A stretch of DNA of 64,000 nucleotides, taken from positions 65,658,001-65,722,000 of the forward strand of contig OX597830.1 in assembly GCA_951406725.2 (NCBI GenBank), in the 5' to 3' direction. The notes under the pieces are model-generated. The model did not search any database and was not told the DNA's origin. It saw only the letters and a program-made list of their open reading frames with translations. Source of the stretch: Octopus vulgaris (lineage: Eukaryota). Made by a program: the position numbers and the translations under genes. Positions 25,096-37,649 of the stretch are shown in pieces; position 1 is the first letter of the stretch; each line of letters opens with the position of its first letter.

Positions 25096-25258
25096 ATGAA
25101 GAACACACTATTTACCATAGTCTTCACTGCACTGCTTACCTCGGCTGCTGGTTTTGTCTATAACTGTAGCAATGAGGACTGTTCTAGTTGTCCTTCTGTG
25201 GAAAATTGTGAGAGAACAATAAAATGTGGTTGCTGTAAAATTTGTGTGGAACTCATTA
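25096..25258 (+). CDS. Secreted IGFBP-domain / thyroglobulin type-1 protein, coding exon 1 (signal peptide + first half of IB domain)
   Basis: Acceptor at 25049/25050; MKNTLFTIVFTALLTSAAG signal peptide; CSNEDCSSCPSVENCERTIKCGCCKIC contains the CGCCxxC IGFBP motif; A|gtaagt phase 1. Confidence 0.9.
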
Positions 25259-25333
25259 GTAAGTATTTAAACTTGTAAACCCGATAAATTGTGCAGTTTA
25301 TGTTTGTATTCACAAATATGCTGTGCAATATAT

Positions 25334-25366
<33 letters not shown>

Positions 25367-27850
25367 TTAACGTCTGCTTTCCATGCTGGCATGAGTTGGA
25401 CAGTTTGACAGCACCAGGCTTCACTGTCAGTTTTGGCAGGGTCTGGCTTATAGTTGGCTGTACTCTACTCAACACTGAGGTTTGATGTTTATAATATATG
25501 TACGCCAGAGAACAATTGAGTTTGTGGTTAGCTTCACTCCTGTCGTGTTTAGAATTTATTCTTTTCTATTCTAGGTACAAAACCCGAAATTTTTGGGGAG
25601 GAGGCCAGTCCATTAGATCGACCCCTGTACGCAACTGGTGCTTTCACCCGGTGTGCTAATGTTTCTGCCAGCTCGCCTCCTTATGCTTAGAGTTTATTGT
25701 CAAACCTCAGATAAAACTACAGTTTATACTTGAGATAGAACTTAGTTGATAGAGGAAAAGGAATTCCATTTAGCCTTTTAGCATTCAGATTTCTTTGTCA
25801 AATGCAAAGGTAAAAACTACTGCCTTTAGTCTTGAATGACCATGGGATTGCACCTTGGAAGTTACTCTCCAAAGGACAAGTCCAGGCAAAGTTGTTTATG
25901 GAAGACCAGCAGTCATTCATGCATACCAGTCTCCCCTCTCCACACCACTGATGGCCAAGTTTGATACAACTTGGCACCAATGACGTCACAACTCGTTTCT
26001 ACAGTTGTGTTCTTCAGCAAGACACTTTATTTCATTTGCTCCACTTCACTCAGCTGTAAAATGTCTTGCTTATTTACTCACATTGTTTTGAATTAATTAC
26101 ACATTATCTCAAAGCTTTAAGATTTCAGTGGTGTGTTTGTATGTTTTTAGAATGGCATTGTAGGGTAGGTGCAAGAGGTTGCATCTAGTCAATTTTAACA
26201 TAAAGCAACTAGAATATTTCAGCTGTTTATGATCAGATAAAATGCAAAAGGGTTAAATATGATGACATGGAATATGGCGACTGTTAATCTAAATGGTTAC
26301 CTTGGAATCATCATCATCATCCTCATCGTTTAATGTCTGCTTTCCATGCTAGCATGGGTTGGACGATTTGACTGAGGTCTGGTGAACCAGTTGGCTGCAT
26401 TAGACTCCAATCTGATCTGGCAGAGTTTCTAAAGCTGGATGTCCTTCCTAATGCCAACCACTCCGAGAGTGTAGCGGGTACTTTTACGTGCCACAGGGAA
26501 AAAGGGCCAGTTAGGTGGTACTGGCAATGGCCATGCTCAAATGGTGCATTTTATATGCCACCTGCACAGGAGCCAATCCAGCGGCACTGGCAACGACCTC
26601 ACTCAAATGTTTTTTACACGTGCCATCAGCACGGAGGCCAGCTTGTTGCTCTGGCAACAATCTCACTTGTATGGTACTCTTAGCACTCCACTAGCACCGA
26701 TACCAATCATCAAATTTGATTTCGATTTGACTTGCCTCCACTTCATCACCACTTCATTCCAGGTCTTCCTGGGTCTACCTCTTCCACAGGTTCCCTCAAC
26801 TGCTAGGGTGTGGCACTTTTTCACGTACTTTATATATTGGAATTTGGATAGGCTTTTTATTCTAGACGACTTATTAGTTTGAGGGAGTTTTGATTGCTTT
26901 TTCTATGAGGTCAAGTAACCACAAAATGACTTTTCAGCTCATTTGTACTTATGACTTTATGGTTAGTGATCTAACACTTCAACCTCACAGCCATTCTATC
27001 TTTGGAGCTCTATAGAGGTTCATTTAACTCAGTGCACATAGTGTTGTACTTTCTCTAAGACAAAAGACATAACAGCCAACACAAAACGTAGACCATGAAA
27101 TACTCAGGCTTTGTTTTTCTTTTTCATATAAATTTCATTTCATGTTTTATATAACAACCTGATGGTATGACAATTTTCTTGTTCCATGGTGGTAGGCCCC
27201 TCATCTGGGATTCCACATGCTGTGATACCTTCTCTAGGGGCAACTTGGTGTGTTCAGCTACAAGTCTAGGCTCTGCTGCTCATTAGGTTGAGAAAAGCAA
27301 ACTGCCAAAGCATCAGTCACTCTCTGAAGGTTTATGGTTGAGCCTGTAATGGGGGATATCTCCAGTGTTCTCAGCCCCAGACCATATCCCTGCTCCCCAC
27401 AATTGGGGCGGAAATGGCTATCTGCAAGTTCAAACCCCATGAATCAGAGTGGCTGTTCCAGTACTTCTCTCTCACCATCCTCCAGGGCAATGTCTTTTCC
27501 ATTTCATTTGCTGTGACCATAAGGCAGTCTGAATTACAGGAAATCGGGAGAATGCAAGAATTTTGTAGCTTACTACGTGAACATTAAAGTAATGAAGTGC
27601 TTCTGTTGCAACAAGAAAAAATAAGAAAAATTACCAAGTGAGTACAGAATCATGCTTTCGTCTTCTGACCCACAACTCCACAATATATTACAGATCATCA
27701 TCATCATCATCGTTTAACGTCCGTTTTCCTCGCTAGCACAGTTCGACCGGGGTCTGAGAAGCCAGGGGCTGCACCAGGCTCCAGTCTGATCTGGCAGTGT
27801 TTCTACAGCTGGATGCCCTTCCTAACGCCAACCACTCCGCGAGTGTAGTG

Positions 27851-28545
27851 GGTGCTTTTTACGTGCCACCAGCACAGGTGCCAGGGGAGTCTGGCATCGG
27901 CCACGATCGGTTAGTGCTTTTAACGTGCCACCAGCACGGAAGCCAGTCAAGGTGGCGCTGGCATTGGCCACGTTCGGATGGTGCTTTTTATGTGCCACCG
28001 GCACGGAAGCCAGCTAAGGCGGCACTGGCATTGGCCACGTTCGGATGGTGCTTTTTATGTGCCACCGGCACGGAAGCCAGCCAAGGCGGCGCTGGCATTG
28101 GCCACGTTCGGATGGTGCTTTTTATGTGCCACCAGCACGGAAGCCAGCTAAGGCGGCGCTGGCATTGGCCACGTTCGGATGGTGCTTTTTATGTGCCACC
28201 AGCACAGAAGCCAGTCGAGACGGCACTGGCAACGGCTACGTTTGGATGGTGCTTTTTATGTGCCACCAGCACAGAAGCCAGTCGAGACGGCACTGGCAAC
28301 GGCTACGTTCGGATGGTGCTTTTTATGTGCCACCGGCACAGAAGCCAGTCGAGGCGGCACTGGCAACGGCTACGTTCGGATGGTGCTTTTTATGTGCCAC
28401 CAGCACAGAAGCCAGTCGAGACGGCACTGGCATTGGCCACGTTCGGATGGTGCTTTTTATGTGCCACCGGCACAGAAGCCAGTCGAGACGGCACTGGCAA
28501 CGGCTACGTTTGGATGGTGCTTTTTATGTGCCACCAGCACAGGTA
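27851..28545. repeat. 67-bp minisatellite expanded inside a family C retroposon
   Basis: ggtgcttttt core at 27980, 28047, 28114, 28181, 28248, 28315, 28382, 28449, 28516. Confidence 0.95.
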
Positions 28546-28667
28546 TCACAACTACTATTTCCATTGATGTTTGTGAAATCTTTGAACGAGGCAGATAATT
28601 CAGTTTTTCCTTCAGTTTAGTGAGGAGTAAAACAAAGGAATCAGTGCAAAGAATACTTGTCATTGTG

Positions 28668-30146
28668 AAGCTGGCAGAAACGTTAGGACCCGGGCGAAAT
28701 GCTGAGCGGTATTTCATCTGCAGCTACGTTCTGTGTTCAAATTCCGCCGAGGTCAACTTTGCCTTCCATCCTTTCGGTGTCAATTAAATAAGTACCTATT
28801 TCTTTACTACCCACAAGGGGCTAAGCACAGAGGGGACAAACAAGGACAGACATAGGTATTAAGTCGATTACATCGACACCAGTGCGTAACTGGTACTTAA
28901 TTTATCGACCCCGAAAGGATGAAAGGCAAAGTCGACCTCCACGGAATTTGAACTCACAACGTAACGCAGACGAAATACCGCTAAGCATTTCGCCCGGCGT
29001 GCTAATGTTTCTGCCAGCTCACCGCCTTAAATAAGTACCAGTTATGCACTGGGGTCGATATAATCGACTTAATCCATTTGTCTGTCCTTGTTTGTCCTCT
29101 CTGTGTTTAGCCCCTTGTGGGTAGTAAAGAAATAGGTATTTCGTCAGCCGCTATGTTCTGAATTCAAGTTCATCCAAGGTCGACTTTGCCTTTCATCTTT
29201 TCGGGATCGATTAAATAAGTACCAGTTATGCACTGGGGTTGATATAATCGACTTAATCCGTTTGTCTGTCCTTGTTTGTCCTCTCTGTGTTTAGCACCTT
29301 GTGGGTAGTAAAGAAATAGGTATTTCGTCTGCCGCTATGTTCTGAGTTCAAATTCCACCGAGGTCGACTTTGCCTTTCATCCTTCCAGGGTCGATTAAAT
29401 AAGTACCAGTTATGCACTGGGGTCGATATAATCGACTTAATCTGTTTGTCTGTCCTTGTTTGTCCTCTCTGTGTTTAGCCCCTTGTGGGTAGTAAAGAAA
29501 TAGGTATTTCGTCAGCCGCTATGTTCTGAATTCAAGTTCATCCAAGGTCGACTTTGCCTTTCATCTTTTCGGGATCGATTAAATAAGTACCAGTTATGCA
29601 CTGGGGTTGATATAATCGACTTAATCCATTTGTCTGTCCTTGTTTGTCCTCACTGTGTTTAGCCCCTTGTGGGTAGTAAAGAAATAGGTATTTCGTCTGC
29701 CGCTATGTTCTGAGTTCAAATTCCACCGAGGTCGACTTTGCCTTTCATCCTTCCAGGGTCGATTAAATAAGTACCAGTTACGCACTGGGGTCGATATAAT
29801 CGACTTGATATGTTTGTCTGTCCTTGTTTGTCCTCTCTGTGTTTAGGCCCTTGTGGGTAGTAAAGAAATAGGTATTTCGTCTGCCGCTATGTTCTGAGTT
29901 CAAATTCCACCGAGGTCGACTTTGCCTTTCATCCTTCCAGGGTCGATTAAATAAGTACCAGTTACGCACTGGGGTCAATATAATCAACTTAATCCGTTTG
30001 TCTGTCCTTGTTTGTCCTCTCTGTGTTTAGCCCCTTGTGGGTAGTAAAGAAATAGGTATACTTGTTATAAGGCGGCGAGCTGGCAGACATGTTAACACGC
30101 CGGCCGAAATGCTTGTTTAGCCCCTTGTGGGTAATAAGGAAATAGG
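28668..30146 (+). mobile_element. Family A SINE concatemer (184-bp units) with a nested inverted SINE
   Basis: aaataagtacc at 29029, 29213, 29397, 29581, 29765, 29949; inverted copy 28797-29026 flanked by TSD ttaaataagtacc. Confidence 0.92.
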
Positions 30147-30318
30147 TATACTTGCCATTGTCTACTCTGTAATAATAGAGATAGATTTCTCATATTTCTC
30201 CATCAGTTATTTCTCTTCACAGAAACCAAAATTTGAACTTTGTCCTTTTTGAATCTTTTAAGTAGATGAAATGGTTTAATTTCTTGTATTAAAATACGCT
30301 TTTGTATGTTTATTCCAG

Positions 30319-30423
30319 AGGAAGGTGAAACCTGCATCTCTCCAGCCAAAATAGTTCTGCAAACTCATATGGAATGTGATTCAGGACTTTTGTGTAATCC
30401 ATTTACCAAGAAATGTACTGAAG
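30319..30423 (+). CDS. IGFBP/TY protein, coding exon 2 (second half of IB domain)
   Basis: ttccag| ... G|gtatgt, phase 1-1; KEGETC...ECDSGLLC...KKCTE (GExC and CxxGLxC motifs). Confidence 0.9.
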
Positions 30424-31509
30424 GTATGTTTTTGGAATGTTTATACTTTTATTGGTTTCAGTTTTTGGAAGGAAGTGCAGTGGTTCTGTCCCTCTACAGG
30501 GCTGCTAAGACTAGTAGAAAGCAGGGAGAAGGTGACCTTAAAGCCAATGCCTGGCCCAAATACTTGCAACAGAGTATACTAAAGTCATCCAGTGGTGGTG
30601 GTGGTGGTGGCGGTGGTGGTGGCAGTGGCAACGGTGGTGGTGGCGGTGGCGACGGTGGTGGTGGTTGAGGATTCAGTCTGCCACTCAAATAGGCTAGAGC
30701 TGGAACTAATCCCTTCTCATACTTTATTTATTGACCCTGAAAGGGTGAAAGATGCAGTTGACTTTGATGGGATTTGACCTCAACCCCAAGACTTATTCTT
30801 TGTAAGCCTAGTACTTATTTTATTGGTCTCTTTTGCCGAAACGCTAAGTTACGGGGACGTAAACACACCAGCATTGGTTGTCAAGCGATGTTTGGGGGGA
30901 CAAACACAGACATACAAACACACACACACACATATATATATACATATACATATATACGACGGGCTTCTTTCAGTTTCTGTCTACCAAATCCACTCACAAG
31001 GCTTTGGTCGGCCCGAGGCCATAGTAGAAGACACTCGCCCGAGGTGCCACGCAGTGGGAATGAACCCAGAACCATGTGGTTGGTAAGCAAGCTACTTACC
31101 ACACAGCCACTCCTGCGCCTAAAATTTACAACCTTAGTTGATTTTCAAACCTTATTGGGTTCTCATCAGAGGCAACTACATCATTCTGACAGCCTCCAAC
31201 TGTGAACAAAAACTGGAAAAGGTGATATATTTTAATTCCATGTTTCATTAACATCTATATACTCTGAGATCTTGAATAAACGCACCCCACCACCGCTTAT
31301 TAATTTTTCGGATTTCGCTGCCCCCCTTATTCCCAATCTCCTGCTCATTAATTCTTCAGGTTTTTTTCCACCACCCCCACCACGCTTTTATCCCCCCTCC
31401 CCCATTAAATTTTGATAATCTGTCTCCAGTGAAATTTTATCATAAGCTATTCATATTGATACGATGGCTGGAGAATCTAATAATTTTATTTTACATTAAA
31501 AACATTATA

Positions 31510-31549
<40 letters not shown>

Positions 31550-31614
31550 CATATATAAACCAAAAACCAAATCAAAATAGATGAACATCAATGGAATTTG
31601 TATCTTTTTGGTAC

Positions 31615-31950
31615 CAGTGCCGGTGGCACATAAGAAAACCATCCGAACATGGCCGTAGCCAGTACCGCATCGACTGGCCTCCGTGCTGTGGGCACGTAAC
31701 AAACACCATTCGATCGTGGCCATTCACCAGCCTCGTCTGGCACCTGTGTCGGTGGCACATAAAAAACACCATCCGAGCATGGCCGTCTGCCAGCCTCATC
31801 TGGCACCTGTGTCGGTGGCACATAAAAAACACCATCCGAGCGTGGCTGTTCGCCAGCCTCGTCTGGCACCTGTGTCGGTGGCACATAAAAAACACCATCC
31901 GAGCGTGGCCGTCCGCCAGCCTCGTCTGGCACCTGTGTCGGTGGCACATA
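31615..31950. repeat. 63-bp minisatellite inside a family C retroposon
   Basis: tggcacctgtgtcggtggcaca at 31738, 31801, 31864, 31927. Confidence 0.92.
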
Positions 31951-32674
31951 AAATCACTCACTACACTCTCGGAGTGGTTGGCGTTAGGAAGGGCATCCAG
32001 CTGTAGAAACACTGCCAGATCTGACTGGCCTGGTGCAGCCTTCGGGCTCCCCAGACCCCGGTTGAACCGTCCAACCCATGCTAGCATGGAAAGCGGACGT
32101 TAAACGATGATGATGATGATGATGATGATGATATATAATAACAATTTAATAAATAAAACATATGCATACACACATACATATATGTACATACCTACATCTA
32201 TGTGTATATATACATGCATATATGAGTACAGGACACCACAAATAAACGTAGAACACAACGAGAAACGAAAACATAAAATCAAACAAGGAAACAAACTTTT
32301 TTTAACAACAAAAAAACAGAGTACAAGACAAACAATACAATGAAAATTCCCCTTCATCAGCTGCCCCTGTTTCGACTCAATGCGTGTTTCGAAGGTAATG
32401 GCAGAACACGATCCGGCCGAAGCAGTCCTTCCTGCAAAATGAATTAAATAAAATTAGTTGGTTAGATATTTAACCAACTAACTAACTATAAAGAAGTGGA
32501 ATTGAACCTGTGTGTGTGTTATTATTGGCATAATGACTCTCCCAAGATACAACCAAATTTGTTTCAACTCACAAATTCACATCAAGAATCTTGTAAATCA
32601 AATGCAAAAGCTCTATAAGCTTTAGCCTTCCACATTATAAATTAACTAGATTTTATTCATTTATTTATTTTCAG

Positions 32675-32747
32675 ATCACAGTTTCCTCGAGCAACTGCAA
32701 GAGAAAAAGCCTTCACATAATGGTTCTGTCATCTGCCACAACAACAT
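32675..32747 (+). CDS. IGFBP/TY protein, coding exon 3
   Basis: ttttcag| ... AT|gtacgt, phase 1-2; DHSFLEQLQEKKPSHNGSVICHNNM. Confidence 0.8.
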
Positions 32748-34135
32748 GTACGTAACATTGAATCTATATCCTATTCAAGTTTTGTAGAATTGTCTATTGA
32801 ACATGTAATTGTTGATTTCTTACAAGCATATAGATGTAAGAGTGGCTGTGTGGTAAGATGCTTGCTTCCTAACCACATGGCTCCAGGTTCAGTCCTACTG
32901 CATGGCACCTTGGGCAAGTGTTTCTACTACAACCTTGGGATGACCAAAGTGGATTTGGCAGACGGAAACTGAAAGAAGCCTGTCGTGTGTGTGTGTGTGT
33001 TTCTACTACAACCTTCGGCTGACCAAAGTGGATTTGGCAGACAGAAACTGAAAGAAGCCTGTCATGTGTATATATATGTGTGTGTGTGTGTGTGTGTTTG
33101 TTTCCCATAACTTCTTGATTAATGATGTTTGTCTCCCGTAACTTAGCAGTTTGACAAAAGAGTCTAATAGAATAAGTACTAGGTTAAAAATTCCTCAAGG
33201 CCTGTCCCAGCAAGAACGCAGTCTAATGACTGAAACAAGTAAAAAAAAAAAAAAACGAAAGATAAAACACCTCTGGTTTATATGGGATGAGGCAGAATGT
33301 AGTGAGATGAAAATGATAAAAACAGCATCCTGATATCAGTTCTTCAATTGGGTATTTGTATTCTAGAACACGAAATCTTTTTCTTGTTCCAGTCATTGGA
33401 TTTAGTCATGTTGTGGTGCCACCTTCAAGGGTTTAGTCATACAGTTCAGCTCCAGTATTTATTTATTTATGGTAGGCGCGGGCATGGCTGTGTGGTTCGG
33501 GAGCTTGCTTCCTAGCTACATGGTTTCGGGTTCAGTCCCACTGCGTGGCACTTTGGGTAGGTGTCTTCCACTATAGCCCCGAGCCGACCGAAGCTTTGTG
33601 ATTGAATTCGGCAGGCGGAAGTTACTGCCGTGTGTGTATATGTGCGTGTAGGTGCTTGTGCCTCTCCGAAAGAGAGAGAGAGGGGTGGAGGTGATGGCGG
33701 GTGGCCGTCGCCGTCATCATCATTATGTCCTATGAATTCAAACCATCAATCCTTGCCACTACTAAAGTGGAAATCCAATTTATACTAAAAAATGAACTCA
33801 TCCAAACAAATGAATTGTTCTAAGCATACTCTGTTACGAAAGGTAAGAATATGCTCTTGCTAGGAAGGCTCTCCAACTCACTCTTGTAAACTGCTCTGTT
33901 GCTTATAAGATTTTGCATTCTTCCATCTATTTGACTCATTTCTCGTTATTAAGAACCCCCTCCTTTCAACAAGATACAATATTACTCAACTAATTGTTTA
34001 AGTATTGAGTATGTGGTCCAGCTTGCTTCTACATGTCATCATATGACGGGAAAAGAATGAATTATAAGCAGAATGAAAACAAATTCAATGCAATAGAAAT
34101 GTGTTCCCAAAGACATAGCAATACAATGTCCTTAA

Positions 34136-34332
34136 CCCTTTTGTTACTGTATTTCTGTTGAGATGCTCTGTGTTTCTTTCAATTACTTTAAATATAACAA
34201 AGAATTTAGTAAAATAACTTAGTAATCATTCAACTAGTGTTAGGAACATAAATTGTGACTAAGGTTTGGTGGAAAACAAGACATTTGTACTCAGAGCCAG
34301 AGCCGGTTTCAACCAGATTGGTGATGAAAGGG
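34136..34332. mobile_element. piggyBac-type MITE (same family as 1891-2111)
   Basis: TTAA|CCCTTT ... AAAGGG|TTAA. Confidence 0.8.
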
Positions 34333-35799
34333 TTAAGCTACTGGTGGCTTTAGTAGTTAATAGTACTTTGGTAGACTTAGCCAATTGATAAATAGAGATT
34401 GATAAAAGGAATTCCATATTGTATAATGTTTTTTGATATGGCTGAAACCCATTGATCCTTTAGCATTTAAACCAGCCATATCTGGTTTAATATTCTACCT
34501 GTTTTATATTCAAAGCAACCACATCTGGCTTCTCACACCTACCATACCATGTCGTTCTTAAAATGAGCTCTCACATCATTGCAGTCTCAAAGATACCAGA
34601 TAATGCATGAATAGTTAAAAACCATGTGGATAAGTATTACATTTGAAAGAGCAATCTGAAAGTTGAAGGAGTAAGGCATAGCCAGCTTGGCCCATAGTTA
34701 ACAGTAAAATGATAAGTATTTTAACATTCAAATAATGACCTGGGTGCCGGGCTTCACTGAGGAAATGAGAAGGGACTGGGAGATGAGGAAATTTGCTGGA
34801 CTTGATAAGACACATCAAGCTAAGTAGAATCGGTGTCTTCCACAGATACAGGCTTGTCTTTTCAGGTGCCAGTGCCACTTAAAAAGCAGCCATGCTGGTG
34901 GCACATTAAAAGCACACTCTGTTAAGTGATTGGTATTAGGAAAAGCATCCAGCCATAGAAACCATGCAACAACAGTCAATTGGGGTCTGGACACCTCCCA
35001 GCTGACCAGCTCCATATCAAGCCATCTAAACCATGCCAACATGGAAAGCAGATGTTAAACAATGATCAGATGGGGAGAAAGAAATATTCCAGTTTGTTTT
35101 CATTTGTAAACATTTCTGGTTAACATTGCATCTAATATTTCTTGACGGTGGCACGTAAAAAGCACCATCCGATTGTGGCCGTTGCCAGCCTTGTCTGGCA
35201 CGTAAAAAGCACCATCCGATTGTGGCCATTGCCAGCCTCGTCTGGCACCTGTGCAGGTGGCACATAAAAAGCACCCACTATACTCACGGAGTGGTTGGTG
35301 TTAGGAAGGGCATCCAGCTGTAGAAACACTGCCTGATCAGACTGGGCCTGGTGCAGCCTTCTGGCTTACCAGACCCCAGTTGAACCGTCCAACCCATGCT
35401 AGCATAGAAAGCGGACGTTAAACGATGATGATGATGATGATGATGATGATGAAGCTGGCAGCATCGTTAGCACATTGGGCAAAATGCTTAGAGGCATTTC
35501 ATCTGTCTTTACATTCTGAGTTCAAATCCCACCAAGGTCAACTTTGCCTTTCATCCTTTCATGATTGATGAATTAAGTACCAGTTTAGCACTGGGGTCGA
35601 TGTAATCAACTCTTATCCCTCCCTCCCCCGAAATTGCTGGCCATGTGCCAAAATCTGAAACCAATATTTCTTGAAGTTATTTCATGGCATGGAAGAAGGT
35701 GCCCATCAAAACAGACTCACTTCATTTTGTTTGTTTTATTTTGTTTTGTTTTGTTTTGTTTATTTTTTGTTTTACTTATTTATTTATTTTTCTTTCTAG

Positions 35800-35879
35800 G
35801 TGTTACTGCAGCTTTGAGGGGGAAATACTTACAGGATATTTACCTCTGCCTTACAGTCATCTTACTGCCAAGTCTTGTA
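35800..35879 (+). CDS. IGFBP/TY protein, coding exon 4 (degenerate TY repeat)
   Basis: tctttctag| ... A|gtaagt, phase 2-1; CYCSFEGEILTGYLPLPYSHLTAKSC. Confidence 0.85.
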
Positions 35880-36965
35880 GTAAGTAATCTTGCTAACCTA
35901 TTCTTTCCAACACTCCACTCTTCATTGTTCTTTCCTTGTTGTCTCCAAGCTGAGATTATTTATAAGACCATTCTTGATTTATATTCTGTTTCTATAGAAC
36001 TGAAATGACATCATCATCATCATCATCATTTAGCGTCCGCTTTCCATGCTGGCATGGGTTGGATGGTTCAACTGGGGTCTGGGAGGCCAGAAGGCTGCTC
36101 CAGGCCGTCTGATCTGGCAATGTTTCTGCGGCTAGATGCCCTTCCTAACACCAACCACTTCGTGAGTGTAGTGGGTGCTTTTTACGTGCCACCAGCACGG
36201 AGACCAGAAGAGGCTGGCAAACGGCCACGATCGGATGGTGCTTTTTACATGCCACCGGCACGGAGACCAGACAAGGCTGGCAACGGCCACGATCGGATGG
36301 TGCTTTTTACATGCCACCGGCACGGGGTCCAGATGAAAATCAAAACCCTTAGCCTTTCAACATTTAAACCAGCCGTATCCAGCCCAAATAACCTATCTAT
36401 TTTATGCTCATATGGCCTCTCATATCTATCCAATAGTGTCATTCTACAAAATTAAACATTCAAATCACTTTTACTATAGACTTGGACCAATCAAAGCCTT
36501 CTGAGGTAATTTAGTTGAAAGAAGACCATCGTACTTAGTTATTCTTTATTATTTTATTTTTTTACTTGTTTTAGTCATTTGACTGCAGCCATGCTGGAGC
36601 ACCACCTTGAAGTGTTTTTGTCAGACATTTTGATCCCAGGACTAATTTTTAAGCCTAGTACTTATTCTATCAGTCTCTTTGCTGAACTTATAAGTTCTAG
36701 GGACGTAAACACACCAACACTGGTTGTCAAGTGATGATGGTGGGGACAGACACACACACACATACAATGGGCTTCTTTCAGTTTCCATCTACCAAATCCA
36801 CATAGAAGGCTTTGGTCGGTCCAAGGCTATAGTAGAAGACACTTGCCCAAGCTTCAGCATAGTGGAACTGAACCCAGAACCATGTGGTTGGAAAACAATC
36901 TTCTTACCGCGCAGGCATAGCAGTTCTCTTATTGAAAGCTTTAACTTGTCAGTATAAAAGAATTG

Positions 36966-37382
36966 GGATCTTTTCGGTTTGAACGGCAGTTTTTTCTAGC
37001 AGTGTCATATGAAATTGTCACCCATAATTATGACCCTAGTATCGATCTATTGCATTTCTATCTATTTTAGGGTTAGGGTTAGGGGTTGTGGGAAGGGTAT
37101 CATTTTTTCTTCTCAAATGTAAATAAACCCAATCTGTTTCTTAAACGAGGGACATATTCACACGGCACAGAATGTTTTCAGCTCAATAGACATCATTGAT
37201 TGGTTGAAATTGCAGAAATTGAAGAAAAAAAAACAACAAATATCTTACAAACTATAGAATTTTCTCAATAAAGCCAACGGAAAATGATGTTTTATAAACA
37301 CATTCTACCAGGATCCGAAGTTTAAAATTTTTTAGTTACCTAGAAATTTTGTTAAAAACTGCCGTTCAAACCGAAAAGATCC
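36966..37382. mobile_element. MITE with perfect 29-bp TIRs and 8-bp TSD (Merlin-like GG..CC ends)
   Basis: GGATCTTTTCGGTTTGAACGGCAGTTTTT and its exact reverse complement; AAGAATTG on both sides; superfamily assignment is inference. Confidence 0.9.
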
Positions 37383-37458
37383 AAGAATTGTACTAATTTT
37401 CTAGATAGATTTTAATTTTGTTCTCTATAATCATATATTTTATTTCTTTACTCTACAG

Positions 37459-37649
37459 ACTGTGCTTTACGAAAAGCTAAATACATGAAAACAAAGTTAA
37501 TTGGGAAAATGTATATGTGTACCAAAACTGGTAGCTTCGAGGACCTTCAGTGCACTGGATCAGTTTGTCATTGTGTTGATGCATCCGGAAAACAATTAAA
37601 CAATTCAGAAACATTTCCTGTAACTGAGATCGACGGGTCCCAGTGTTAA
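37459..37649 (+). CDS. IGFBP/TY protein, coding exon 5 (thyroglobulin type-1 domain, stop)
   Basis: ctctacag| phase 1; NCALRK...CTKTGSFEDLQCTGSVCHCVDASGKQL...QC*; QC and CxCVD TY signatures; five exons total 612 nt = 203 aa. Confidence 0.92.

Noticed and set aside
27851-28545. CRISPR-like regular repeat array
   Set aside because: The intervening sequences are themselves repeated rather than unique spacers; eukaryotic context, no cas genes
27797-28620. Longest ORFs in the track (256 and 191 aa) with repeated peptides
   Set aside because: Translations of the 67-bp minisatellite within a retroposon; unit length is not a multiple of 3 and there is no splice context
30424-30668. Gly-rich extension of ORF 30306-30668
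   Set aside because: Read-through past the 30423 donor into intron and a (GGT)n microsatellite
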